Source: Alphaproteobacteria bacterium (lineage in GTDB: Bacteria > Pseudomonadota > Alphaproteobacteria > M2410). Taken from it: DNA of 64,000 nucleotides. Below the pieces are notes generated by a model. That model searched no databases. It was not told the DNA's origin and saw nothing but the letters and a program-made list of their open reading frames with translations. Positions 18,209 to 28,575 of the stretch are shown here, in pieces. A program made the position numbers and the translations under genes. The DNA is taken from the NCBI GenBank assembly GCA_030614785.1, contig JAUWTJ010000007.1, positions 4,649-68,648 of the forward strand, in the 5' to 3' direction. How positions within the stretch are numbered: the first letter of the stretch is position 1; every line of letters starts with the position of its first letter.

Positions 18209-19744
18209 ATGTCTAAAGATAAAACGGTGAAACGAGGCGGCAAGGCGACAACGCTGGTCTCGCTGCTGGCGCTTGGCCTCGTTGCCGGGAACTACTACGG
18301 CGATATCAGACGGGATCAGCGACTGCAGAACTCGGAAACCACGCTTGAAGTGGTGCGTTCAGCCTTCATCTCCCCTGCCACCCTTCAAAAAACTGAAAAA
18401 TCGGTTTATCTGGCGCTGCTGCAAGGACGCCCGTTCGGCACCGCCTTCGTCGTGGACCGGGAGCGCGGCCTGCTTGCTACCAACTCACATATCGCCACAT
18501 GGGCTGAAAAGTTCGGACCGTTGTCTGTCATCGGGATGGATGGCGAGGCACTGGAGGTGACTGGCGTTCGCATGCACGATGGCTACAAGGCGTTTCCCCA
18601 ACATGTGAGTGTTTATGAGCCGACAAAGACGACGCCGGGTGTTGCCGGCGGCCGCGATATCAAGGTCCCTGCCCTGTTTGATATGGTCGATGGTTACGAC
18701 GTCGCCCTGCTGCAGGTTTCCAGAGATGATGCGGCGAAGCTCGCTCCCGATCTTCCCCTTGCATCACGCGAGGAGCTTTATGCGCTGCGCACAGGCGACG
18801 GTATCGCATCGGTCGGCTATCCGCTTGATCTGTCGTCCACGGCGGTCATTGAAATACAGTCGCTTACACCCAAGGCAACCGTTGGCAGGATTTCTGCGCT
18901 TTCCTCCTTTGTCGGGGTTCGCACCGACAATGGGATGAATGACGCAATTTCTCAATTGATCATTCATCCGCTGCATACCCAGCCAGGAACAAGTGGCAGT
19001 CCGATGATCAACGACAAGGGACATGTCATTGCAATAAATTCCGGTGCCTCGGCTCGTGCCGCGCGGGATGGCTCAATTATTGAAGCCGGTGACCGGCACG
19101 GTCAGCGGGCCGATATGGTGCTTGATCTGCTTGAAAACACGGACAATGAGGCCGTGAGCGATCTCTACCGCCCCATCTGGGACAAGCAACTTGCGCAGTT
19201 TGACCGCATGCCCGACGTCTTTGCAGAAGTCATGACCGCTATCATGGCTCCCAAGCGGGACCTGGCGAAGGCAGCAAAAACTGTCCGTGACCTGACGTTC
19301 ACCCCGGGCCTTGCGGACCCGGTCTATCAGGCATCGCAGACGGCCCACAGCCTGAGGACGACCATTGAGCTTGATCCGGCGAAGATGCATCTGGTATTTG
19401 CAACCGATTACCGATCAAGCGTTGGCGGCTGTAACCCCAAATTCCGTATTGCAAAAACTGATGGGTCGTTTCTGTCTGCAGAGGGTATCGGGACCAACGA
19501 GTTCACCATCTTTCAGGCCCAGATTTCGGCTGGCAGCCTTCCGGCCGGGCCGATGTCGATTGAATTCCTTGAACCGGCAGGATGTAACTCGTCTGGCCAG
19601 ACCATGCATCTGCATGTCTATTCATGGGAGGCCGGTGACATTGCCGTGGCGCAGAACCGGCAGGGGCCAATGGGTGTGATGAGTGCACTTTGGCAGCAGG
19701 TCGCAACTGCCGCCAAACTCGTCGCCAAATACATTGCGGGTTAA
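18209..19744 (+). CDS. Membrane-anchored trypsin-like (S1) serine protease with unknown C-terminal domain
   Basis: N-terminal TM; GTAF, ATNSH (His), YDVALL (Asp) and PGTSGSP (Ser). Confidence 0.82.
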   Translation: MSKDKTVKRGGKATTLVSLLALGLVAGNYYGDIRRDQRLQNSETTLEVVRSAFISPATLQKTEKSVYLALLQGRPFGTAFVVDRERGLLATNSHIATWAEKFGPLSVIGMDGEALEVTGVRMHDGYKAFPQHVSVYEPTKTTPGVAGGRDIKVPALFDMVDGYDVALLQVSRDDAAKLAPDLPLASREELYALRTGDGIASVGYPLDLSSTAVIEIQSLTPKATVGRISALSSFVGVRTDNGMNDAISQLIIHPLHTQPGTSGSPMINDKGHVIAINSGASARAARDGSIIEAGDRHGQRADMVLDLLENTDNEAVSDLYRPIWDKQLAQFDRMPDVFAEVMTAIMAPKRDLAKAAKTVRDLTFTPGLADPVYQASQTAHSLRTTIELDPAKMHLVFATDYRSSVGGCNPKFRIAKTDGSFLSAEGIGTNEFTIFQAQISAGSLPAGPMSIEFLEPAGCNSSGQTMHLHVYSWEAGDIAVAQNRQGPMGVMSALWQQVATAAKLVAKYIAG

Positions 19745-19781
19745 GATTTGCCGCAGAAACCCCGGAGCATCGCGGGACGCC

Positions 19782-20531
19782 TTATATCCGATCACCCTCA
19801 ACCCGCGCCGCGCCGCCTTGTATGGGCCTGAGGATCGGCACACGGCGCGGCAGACGCTGGCGCTTTTCATGGGCAAGCCCATAAATTCGTTTGGTTGCCT
19901 CGGCAATCATGACCCCGCCGTGAAGGCTGCCGAACCGCGCACCAATACGCTCCCACGCTCCGGCACCCTTGACCAGAAAGCGCCAGGAAAAGGGTGGGAA
20001 AAACAGCGCCCGCTCACAATGCTCCATGGCAAATTGATGGCTCTTGAGCAGGGTGAGAAGCTGTGTCCGTGAAAACGGTCGTCCGTGTCCAAACGGTGTT
20101 CGATCAAACCTGGCCCAGACACCGTGGCGATTGGGCACGACGATGATGAGCCTTCCACCTGGCGCAAGGACCCGCCAGATCTCGCGCATGAGCTCGCCAC
20201 TGTCGCCGGTACATTCGAGTTCATGAACCAGAAGGATCCGGTCCATCGAGCTGTCTGTCAGCGGCAGATGGTAGTCGTCGGCGAGCATCGCGAGGTTCTT
20301 TTGCCGATTGGGCCAGTGGACCACGCCCTGAGCCGCCGGCATGACATTGAGCACGCGGGTGGCTTCCGGCCGAAAGGGCGTCAGGAACGGTGATGCATAG
20401 CCGAGCCCGAGAACATCCAACCCGCCAACATTCGGCCATAACTCGCGCACACGCCGGCGGATCATCAGATTGGCCATCCGGCCCAGAGAACTGTCGTAAA
20501 ACTCTCTGAGATCAATGACGTCAGGTTGCAC
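19782..20531 (-). CDS. Class I SAM-dependent methyltransferase (type 11)
   Basis: LGLGYASP, EIWRVLAPGG and TPFGHGRPFS motifs; conserved divergent partner of gloB. Confidence 0.88.
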   Translation of the reverse strand: MQPDVIDLREFYDSSLGRMANLMIRRRVRELWPNVGGLDVLGLGYASPFLTPFRPEATRVLNVMPAAQGVVHWPNRQKNLAMLADDYHLPLTDSSMDRILLVHELECTGDSGELMREIWRVLAPGGRLIIVVPNRHGVWARFDRTPFGHGRPFSRTQLLTLLKSHQFAMEHCERALFFPPFSWRFLVKGAGAWERIGARFGSLHGGVMIAEATKRIYGLAHEKRQRLPRRVPILRPIQGGAARVEGDRI

Positions 20532-20544
20532 CGGGTGTCGCCTC

Positions 20545-20602
20545 CTTGGATTGCGCGATGTGACTTGGATTGCGCGATGTGACTTGAATTGCGCGATGTG
20601 AC
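20545..20602. repeat. 19-bp tandem repeat CTTGRATTGCGCGATGTGA x3
   Basis: Copies at 20545, 20564 and 20583 (one mismatch), with degenerate continuation to about 20627. Confidence 0.9.
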
Positions 20603-20712
20603 AGGGCCTGCGAGAAATGACAGGGCAATCAGATTACTTTATGATAAACCAAATCCAACCGATTTGCACACTCCCCACGCAACACACACCCAGGTGATGG
20701 AGACCAACGCAT

Positions 20713-21495
20713 ATGGCGAATGAAAATCTTGTTGTCCACCAGTTCGGCTGCCTCGGCGATAATTATGGCTATCTCGTCCATGACCCGGGGACCGGGATAA
20801 CAATTGCCATCGACACGCCTGAGGTCGGCCCGATTATGAAGGCGCTGGATGAAAAAGGCTGGACGCTCACCCATATTTTCAACACCCATCACCATTTCGA
20901 TCATGCGGGCGGCAATCTGGAACTGAAGGAAAAGACCGGCTGCATGATTTATGGCCCCAGTGACGAGCGTGTCGAAATTCCCGGCCGAGACCACGGCGTC
21001 GGCGGCGGCGCCCAGATCACCCTGGGGGATGGCGCGATTGTGGCCGACGTGATTGATGTTGGCGGACATACGCTTGGCCATATTGCCTACTGGTTCACGG
21101 AAGCCGACAAGGCCTTTGTCGGCGACGCGCTCTTCACGCTTGGATGCGGGCGCATGTTTGAGGGCACGCCGGACCAGATGTGGGCGGGCCTTGAACGGTT
21201 GCGCAATCTTCCTGATTCAACAAAAATCTACTGTGCTCATGAGTATACCGAAGGCAATCTCAAATTTGCTCTTTCGGTTGAGCCAGGCAATTCAGATCTC
21301 CTTGCACGGAGCGGGGACATTCTCGCCTTGCGCAAGGCCGGACAACCAACAGTGCCGACAACCATTGGCGAGGAAAAGAGAACCAACCCGTTCTTCAGAC
21401 CGGAAAGCAAGAATTTGCAGGAAACCATCGGCAAGGCAGGCGCTTCAGTTGTGGACATATTCGCAGAGACGAGACGTCTGAAAGACAGTTTCTGA
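20713..21495 (+). CDS. gloB: Hydroxyacylglutathione hydrolase (glyoxalase II)
   Basis: DNYGYL, THHHFDHAGG, GHTLGH, GCGR, YCAHEYT and EKRTNPF motifs. Confidence 0.95.
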   Translation: MANENLVVHQFGCLGDNYGYLVHDPGTGITIAIDTPEVGPIMKALDEKGWTLTHIFNTHHHFDHAGGNLELKEKTGCMIYGPSDERVEIPGRDHGVGGGAQITLGDGAIVADVIDVGGHTLGHIAYWFTEADKAFVGDALFTLGCGRMFEGTPDQMWAGLERLRNLPDSTKIYCAHEYTEGNLKFALSVEPGNSDLLARSGDILALRKAGQPTVPTTIGEEKRTNPFFRPESKNLQETIGKAGASVVDIFAETRRLKDSF

Positions 21496-21541
21496 CCTGA
21501 CGACAAAGCCGGCCCGCTCGCGCCTCTTGCGTGAAGGCGTT

Positions 21542-22108
21542 CTAAAGCTTGCGTTTCAGGATCTTGTAAACAAAATTGTGGTCGTCGCGCGCAGCCCGGG
21601 GGCCTACAGCATAACGAATTGTCGAGCCGGAGATAACAACCGCACGCTTGTCGCCGGCACCGCACTGAACATGCCTGACACTGCTCTGGACCTTGCTTTT
21701 GTTTTCACGGCACAGGCGTTCAAGCGCCGACAGGGCCACATCACACCGGCCAACAACATTCATGTTCCTCCCACGCGTCTCAAAGGATGGCCAGTGGATG
21801 GATGCTGAAATTCCGGTTTCGCAGATCTTGCTGGTAAATTCAGCCTCGTTGGAAAGGCGCTTATCCTGATCGCGTTGATGGCGACGTTCCTGAAGGCTGG
21901 GCCCTGCCGCCTCGGCAGCCCCCAGGCGGCCCGGCAATGGCTGGGTGAGCACCAGAATACCGGCCAGGGCAACGGCAAGGCCAAAGGCTGCCAAGCCGGA
22001 GGTTAATCCGGGCAGCGCCACACCGCGCCGCCGAGGGCGCGAATTTTCGTCTTCTTCGGGTATGATATCCGATCTCCCGGTGATGCCCCATGGACCCTTT
22101 CGATCCAT
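21542..22108 (-). CDS. Hypothetical membrane-anchored Cys-containing protein
   Basis: One TM segment followed by a domain with four Cys. Start is uncertain. Confidence 0.55.
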   Translation of the reverse strand: MDRKGPWGITGRSDIIPEEDENSRPRRRGVALPGLTSGLAAFGLAVALAGILVLTQPLPGRLGAAEAAGPSLQERRHQRDQDKRLSNEAEFTSKICETGISASIHWPSFETRGRNMNVVGRCDVALSALERLCRENKSKVQSSVRHVQCGAGDKRAVVISGSTIRYAVGPRAARDDHNFVYKILKRKL

Positions 22109-22183
22109 CGCCCACAACCCTTCTAAACCAGGATTCAGGCAACAATTTGGCGGATCGAAAGAACCGCCGCTCACAGGAGTCTA

Positions 22184-23059
22184 TCAGAGATTATCTAAAA
22201 GAAATCTTTCGATTTCCGCAGAAGATGGACGGCCAAGGAGCCCCCGTTCTGGCACATAGGTTACCACCAGATCCTGGTTCTCAAGGGAAATCCCCGACTT
22301 TGCGCCCGCCCGGATGATTACTGAGGCGATCTTTTCGGACATCACCTCAAGGGCCAGTTCGTCGCTCACCAGACGTGTCAGGGCGAGGCCTGCGACTTCC
22401 AGGGTATCATTGAGCGTTCCTGCCGACGGCGGTCTGTCCTGCACAGCGCGCGATGACACAAGCGAGACGCCCTTGCCCGGCGCCAATGCGCGTGCTGCCA
22501 TTTTATTTTCAGTGTTAACGACGCGGGCTTCCTGCTGGACCAACGCCGGCTCGAAATGGAAGGTCACATCAAACCCCGGTTCAGCAGCCAGAGCGCGGCT
22601 AATCTCTGCCGCCCGGCCTCTTACATAAACGTCATCCCGGGGCTGTAACGCCAGCGGTTTCACCAGCGTCTTGAAACCAAAGGCACCGCCCTCCGTACCG
22701 TCTGCGTCATAGACCGTAGCGCCGCCCCAGGGCATCAGTCTCAGGATTGTCGTGCCGAGGCGGTCCTTCAAGTAGGTGACGCCTTGTGGCCCGGGGACCA
22801 TATCGAGGACGAGAATTTCTACCGACTGATCGAAACGGAGCAGGCCCTTTTCACCGGTGCGATCAAGCACAAAACCATATTTTTCAGTTTCCGAGACAAA
22901 GTATCCGACCCTTGGATCCTCAACAGAGTCGGTGGCAGGATTGGCCTCGGCGAGGGGTTCAGCCACAGAAGCCGCAGATCCCGGCTCTTCCAGAGCAAAG
23001 ACGGGACCTGACATGCCAATTGTGGCCGCTGTCAGGATAGCTGCAAGTCGTCTGCGCAC
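22184..23059 (-). CDS. Exported protein, DUF4908-like
   Basis: Signal peptide, FVLDR..LLRFD..E, PGPQG..YLKD, WGGATVY and GRPSS motifs; lies between gloB and phbB. Confidence 0.65.
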   Translation of the reverse strand: MRRRLAAILTAATIGMSGPVFALEEPGSAASVAEPLAEANPATDSVEDPRVGYFVSETEKYGFVLDRTGEKGLLRFDQSVEILVLDMVPGPQGVTYLKDRLGTTILRLMPWGGATVYDADGTEGGAFGFKTLVKPLALQPRDDVYVRGRAAEISRALAAEPGFDVTFHFEPALVQQEARVVNTENKMAARALAPGKGVSLVSSRAVQDRPPSAGTLNDTLEVAGLALTRLVSDELALEVMSEKIASVIIRAGAKSGISLENQDLVVTYVPERGLLGRPSSAEIERFLLDNL

Positions 23060-23236
23060 AAATAACTCTCTCGTTGCCGGGGGCCCCCAAGAGCGGGGAC
23101 CGAGCATCCCTGCTAGCAACAAGATATGGCCAGAATATGGTGGGCAGGCAAGGCAAAAGTGTACTGATGCCCGCACCCACCACCTGGCACGCTCGCTAAC
23201 CTGATGTTTCACCGAATTCTGGCTGAAAACAGCCGA

Positions 23237-23962
23237 TTACCCGGCGATATATTGGGCGCCGTTGGCGGTAATCGTGGCACCGGTGACAAAGCTGGCCTTT
23301 TCATCGGCAAGGAAGATCACACAATGGGCGATCTCCTCGGCAGTGCCCAGACGACCGACCGGGATGGTTGCGATAATCCCGTCCAGAGCCTTTTGCGGAA
23401 CAGCGGCCATCATATCCGTATCGATGTAACCAGGGGCCACACAATTGACCGTGATCCCCTTGCGCGCGGTTTCCTGCGCCAGCGCCTTGGTGAAACCGAT
23501 GACCCCGGCCTTGGCGGCAGAATAGTTGGTCTGCCCCATTTGTCCTTTTTGGCCGTTGATCGATGTGATCGAGATGATGCGCCCGGAAGAGCGCTCGCGC
23601 ATGCCGTCGATGAGAAGTTTCGACATGTTGAATACTGAATCAAGGTCCGTCCGGATGACCTCCTGCCACGCCTCCGGCGTCAGCTTGTGCAACATGGCAT
23701 CTCGGGTAATCCCGGCATTGTTAACAAGAACATCGACGGGTCCGACAGATTTTTCAATATCGGCAACGCCTGCCGCGCAAGCCTCAAAATTACCGACATC
23801 GAACTTGAAGACCTCGATACCCGTCTCCGCCTTGAACGCCGCGGCGGCTTCATCATTGCCACCGTAATTGGCCGCAACGGTGTATCCGGCCTCCTTGAGG
23901 GCAATCGAGATTGCCTTTCCGATACCGCGTGTTCCACCTGTTACAAGGGCTACTCTTGACAT
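23237..23962 (-). CDS. phbB: Acetoacetyl-CoA reductase
   Basis: VTGGTRGIG, NNAGITRD and SINGQKGQMGQTNYSAAK motifs; downstream of phbA. Confidence 0.95.
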   Translation of the reverse strand: MSRVALVTGGTRGIGKAISIALKEAGYTVAANYGGNDEAAAAFKAETGIEVFKFDVGNFEACAAGVADIEKSVGPVDVLVNNAGITRDAMLHKLTPEAWQEVIRTDLDSVFNMSKLLIDGMRERSSGRIISITSINGQKGQMGQTNYSAAKAGVIGFTKALAQETARKGITVNCVAPGYIDTDMMAAVPQKALDGIIATIPVGRLGTAEEIAHCVIFLADEKASFVTGATITANGAQYIAG

Positions 23963-24024
23963 TTCTTTCTCCACTAAATATTTATTCGTCTACTGACGAC
24001 ATCGATTTGTTTTTATTATTCTTG

Positions 24025-25281
<1,257 letters not shown>

Positions 25282-25330
25282 TCATTGCGAGCGCACCATG
25301 CCAGAGGCAATTTCATTGCGCAAACAAAAT

Positions 25331-25410
25331 TGTGCACTGCCATCAAAAAAGTCAGGAGACTACGGCAAAAAAGGCATTCTGTGATACCGCACTGCGATAC
25401 TGCACTGCGA
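25331..25410. promoter_or_regulatory. Putative PhaR operator repeats (GCACTGC x3)
   Basis: TGCACTGCC at 25333, CGCACTGCG at 25388 and TGCACTGCG at 25401 in the phbA/phaR divergent region. PhaR sites are TGC-rich. Confidence 0.55.
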
Positions 25411-25566
25411 AATGCCCCTTGCACGCGCCCCCAAAGACAGGGCAAAATGAACCGGCGTGGACCAGCGTGGTTTGGACCATGTGACCATACTGACACGGGG
25501 CCTCCCTGTTCAAGCGAAACCTGTTGGGCAATCCCTGTCCAGGCGAAACGGAAGCGAAACTCTCAA

Positions 25567-26187
25567 GTGACCAAATCCAGGCCGACGGGCGATGGCCCGA
25601 TCACCATCAAAAAATATGCAAATCGCCGCCTCTATAATACTGCGACGAGCAGCTACGTGACTTTGGAAAACCTTGCCGAGATGGTGAAGCGCGGCGACGA
25701 GTTCAGGGTCTATGATGCAAAATCCGGAGACGACATTACCAAGTCTGTATTGACCCAGATCATTTTTGAAGAAGAGGCCAAGGGGCAAAATCTTCTGCCC
25801 ATCTCTTTTCTCAGACAACTGATCAGCTATTATGACGATAATATGAAAGTCTTCGTCCCTTCCTTTCTCGAAATGAGCATGGAGAGCTTTACCAAAAGTC
25901 AGGATGAAATTCGCGGGCGGCTTAGTGAAGCTTTCGATCCCGCCGCGACCTACAAGAATTTTGAAGAACAGATACGCCAGAATATGACTATGTTTCAGGA
26001 GACAATGCAGTCATTCTCTCCCTTCGGTGATGCTTTCGGGTCTCAACCCAACAACAAAGCCTCTGGCGGAGATGAAAGATCAACAGGCGAACGGTCAGAT
26101 GCTGATAGCACGCCATCCGATATCGATGATTTGAAATCTCAACTGGCGGCCATGCAAGCCCAACTGGATAAACTGGCGAAAGACTAG
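25567..26187 (+). CDS. phaR: Polyhydroxyalkanoate synthesis repressor PhaR
   Basis: IKKYANRRLYNTATSSYVTL, DAKSGDDIT, LTQIIFEEE and LLPISFLRQLI motifs. Confidence 0.95.
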   Translation: MTKSRPTGDGPITIKKYANRRLYNTATSSYVTLENLAEMVKRGDEFRVYDAKSGDDITKSVLTQIIFEEEAKGQNLLPISFLRQLISYYDDNMKVFVPSFLEMSMESFTKSQDEIRGRLSEAFDPAATYKNFEEQIRQNMTMFQETMQSFSPFGDAFGSQPNNKASGGDERSTGERSDADSTPSDIDDLKSQLAAMQAQLDKLAKD

Positions 26188-26218
26188 ATTTTCTTTGTCT
26201 TGATAGAATTGTGACGGA

Positions 26219-27949
26219 TCAGGTGGCCGGAACAGGTGGCCAGACCGGCTCCGGTGCAGGCTTGCCAAGATGGAAGCCCTGGAGGTATTCGACACCAAGC
26301 GATTCAAGAAACTCAACCTCTTCCTGGGTTTCAACCCATTCCGCGACTGTTTCGAGCTTGAATTTCTGTGCCAGATCAATGAGGGCGCGGACGAAGAACT
26401 GGCTGTCCTCGCACTCTGTGACGCCTTTGACAAAAGAGCCATCAATCTTGACCAAATCCACGTCAAGAGACTGGAGATTGCGATAGGAGGTGTAGCCGGC
26501 ACCAAAGTCATCGATAGCGATCCGGCAGCCCAAGGCTCTCAGAGAAGTCAGGAAACTGGAGAGATCCTGAATTTCCTGTAGTGCAACGGTCTCGGTAATT
26601 TCTACTGTCAAGCGTGAAGCAAGCTCCCGGTTAACACCGATTACATCGATGACTTCTTCAAACCAGGTAGGATCCGTCGCCGTCAGACCGGAAACATTTA
26701 TGGCGAGATGAATTTCAGGATGCTCTCTCAGAGTCTCCAGCGCCATGTCAACGACCATACGATCCAGCGTACGAATCAACCCCAACTCTTCGGCAACGGG
26801 AATGAAATGACCCGCAGGAATAATGCCGCCACTTTCGTCAGTGATCCGGATCAGACATTCGTAGAAACCCGGCTCACCGGTTTTTGTGCTGATAATTGGC
26901 TGATAGAATAACGAAACACGGTCATCATTGAGCGCAGACATAATCTGATCAGCAATCACCAATTTCTTTCGCCGCGCCGAATCCGTTTTTGTGGACGGCT
27001 CATAGAAGTATATTTTTTCCCGACCATGCCCCTTGGCGTTGCTCAACGACTCTTCGGCATGGGCAAAGGCATCCTTGGTGTTTTTGCACCCGTAGGGGAT
27101 AGAGATCACACCCATCGAAATTGTGACAGAAACCGGACCGGCCTTTGTGTGAATCACAGTATTGCGGACAGCATTGCGCAGGGTATTGACCCGGCCAATG
27201 AGCGCATCACTGGTACAATTGCCGATGATGATGCCATATTTGTTGCCAGCAACTCTGCCGAGGGCATCGTCGTCCCCAAGAATTTCCTGAAACCTGTTGC
27301 CCACTTCGATAATGACCTGGTCGGCAACATCAAAACCAAAACTCTGGTTGAGTGCGCCAAGATTATCAATGCCGGCAATGACGAAGCCGCCGGTGCTGCG
27401 ATTGTCCCAGCAGGTTTCCAGTACGGTCGACAGGTGAGCCTGAAGGCGCGACCGGTTCAGATATCCAGTGAGATCGTCATAGGTTGCCAGATGAAGCAGG
27501 CGACCTTCACGTTCCTTGCGCTGGGTAACAAATCGGATAAGACCGACAGTGCGAACGACGTTGCCGATATCATCGACGATCACTGACGCCCGGTCTTCAA
27601 TCCAGGCATGAGTGCCGACAGATGTCTTGATCCGATATTCACAAACAGCGGGTTCCCCAGTGGTTCTTGCGTGCTCTGTGGCGCGCTCGATTTCGCGGCA
27701 ACCATCTTCATCAACGAGGATGAGAAATTCATTCCGTGTTCTGCACAGGGCGGTGTTGTAAATATCAAAGGTACGCTCGGCACCGTCACCCCAGTCTATT
27801 TCTCCCGTAGCCGCGATACAATCATACATGATGTCGCCAGCGCCTGCGAGTGCGATGCGGATGCGCTCGACATCCAAAGCCTTGCGGAGCGGCTCTGTTG
27901 CCAGACCCTCTTTGGCTAATCGTCCTGCTTCTATTTTACTCAACTGCAC
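26219..27949 (-). CDS. PAS-GGDEF(degenerate)-EAL c-di-GMP phosphodiesterase
   Basis: D.LTGYLNR; GGDEF replaced by AGNKY; YQPI, ECLIR, DDFGAGY, VKIDG and YLQG intact. Confidence 0.88.
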   Translation of the reverse strand: MQLSKIEAGRLAKEGLATEPLRKALDVERIRIALAGAGDIMYDCIAATGEIDWGDGAERTFDIYNTALCRTRNEFLILVDEDGCREIERATEHARTTGEPAVCEYRIKTSVGTHAWIEDRASVIVDDIGNVVRTVGLIRFVTQRKEREGRLLHLATYDDLTGYLNRSRLQAHLSTVLETCWDNRSTGGFVIAGIDNLGALNQSFGFDVADQVIIEVGNRFQEILGDDDALGRVAGNKYGIIIGNCTSDALIGRVNTLRNAVRNTVIHTKAGPVSVTISMGVISIPYGCKNTKDAFAHAEESLSNAKGHGREKIYFYEPSTKTDSARRKKLVIADQIMSALNDDRVSLFYQPIISTKTGEPGFYECLIRITDESGGIIPAGHFIPVAEELGLIRTLDRMVVDMALETLREHPEIHLAINVSGLTATDPTWFEEVIDVIGVNRELASRLTVEITETVALQEIQDLSSFLTSLRALGCRIAIDDFGAGYTSYRNLQSLDVDLVKIDGSFVKGVTECEDSQFFVRALIDLAQKFKLETVAEWVETQEEVEFLESLGVEYLQGFHLGKPAPEPVWPPVPAT

Positions 27950-28081
27950 ACGTCCCGTTGAAAACTTTTTGGATCAACAGGGAAATCCTAGGGGCAAAGC
28001 ATTAAAATTCGACGAACCCAACGCTACACAGACGGTTACCAAACTGTCTTTCCGGTATGATCCATTCTGAAACACGCGGCC

Positions 28082-28097
28082 TGGCATCAAGCTTGCG
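28082..28097 (+). promoter_or_regulatory. Sigma-54 (-24/-12) promoter
   Basis: TGGCAT-CAAGC-TTGCG with correct GG-N10-GC spacing, just upstream of ATG 28110. Confidence 0.65.
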
Positions 28098-28109
28098 AGG
28101 GTTCACGGC

Positions 28110-28511
28110 ATGACAAGAATAAACCACACCAACGCGCAGACTTATCGGCCTTTCAGAGCCTCGGGTACGACCAGGGCGGGCGGGCGATCAGCACAGCGCA
28201 TCACCGTGACACAGGCTGAACTGGTTAACGACGAGCCTGTTGAAGAAGTTATTTTTGAGCCAAACGGCAGCGTCGATCAGCGCGCCGCACATCGTGGCTA
28301 TGTCATTACAGAGCCGGTCGAGGATATTCTTGCCGAACGCCGCGACCGCGCGCTCAGCGGCGAGCATTTCTGGCAGGGATTTTCAGCCCCCTTCATGGCT
28401 CAAGTCATCGGCCAGCATATTGCCGCGCCGGACCCGCGTTTTGGCGCTTATGGCCGCGCGAGCTCCACTGCATCCGAGCCCCCGCGCCCGCGTTTTTCAA
28501 GAGCCTGCTAG
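28110..28511 (+). CDS. Hypothetical 133-aa protein
   Basis: ORF fills the gap and follows a sigma-54 motif. No family recognised. Confidence 0.6.
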   Translation: MTRINHTNAQTYRPFRASGTTRAGGRSAQRITVTQAELVNDEPVEEVIFEPNGSVDQRAAHRGYVITEPVEDILAERRDRALSGEHFWQGFSAPFMAQVIGQHIAAPDPRFGAYGRASSTASEPPRPRFSRAC

Positions 28512-28573
28512 ATTACTGGCTAGATTACTGGCCAAATTACTGGCCAAATTACTGGCCAAATTACTGGCCAAAT
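28507..28573. repeat. 12-bp tandem repeat GC(T/C)A(G/A)ATTACTG x5.6
   Basis: GCTAGATTACTG x2, then GCCAAATTACTG x3, then GCCAAAT, filling the gap between two convergent stop codons. Confidence 0.93.
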
Positions 28574-28575
28574 CT

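Noticed and set aside
20545-20602. CRISPR array
   Set aside because: Repeats are directly adjacent with no spacers and there are no cas genes.
25285-25566. Long N-terminal extension of PhaR (similarly ftsE, xylB-like, DUF4908, ferredoxin)
   Set aside because: Artefact of first-start calling; family similarity begins at downstream starts, several with visible RBSs.
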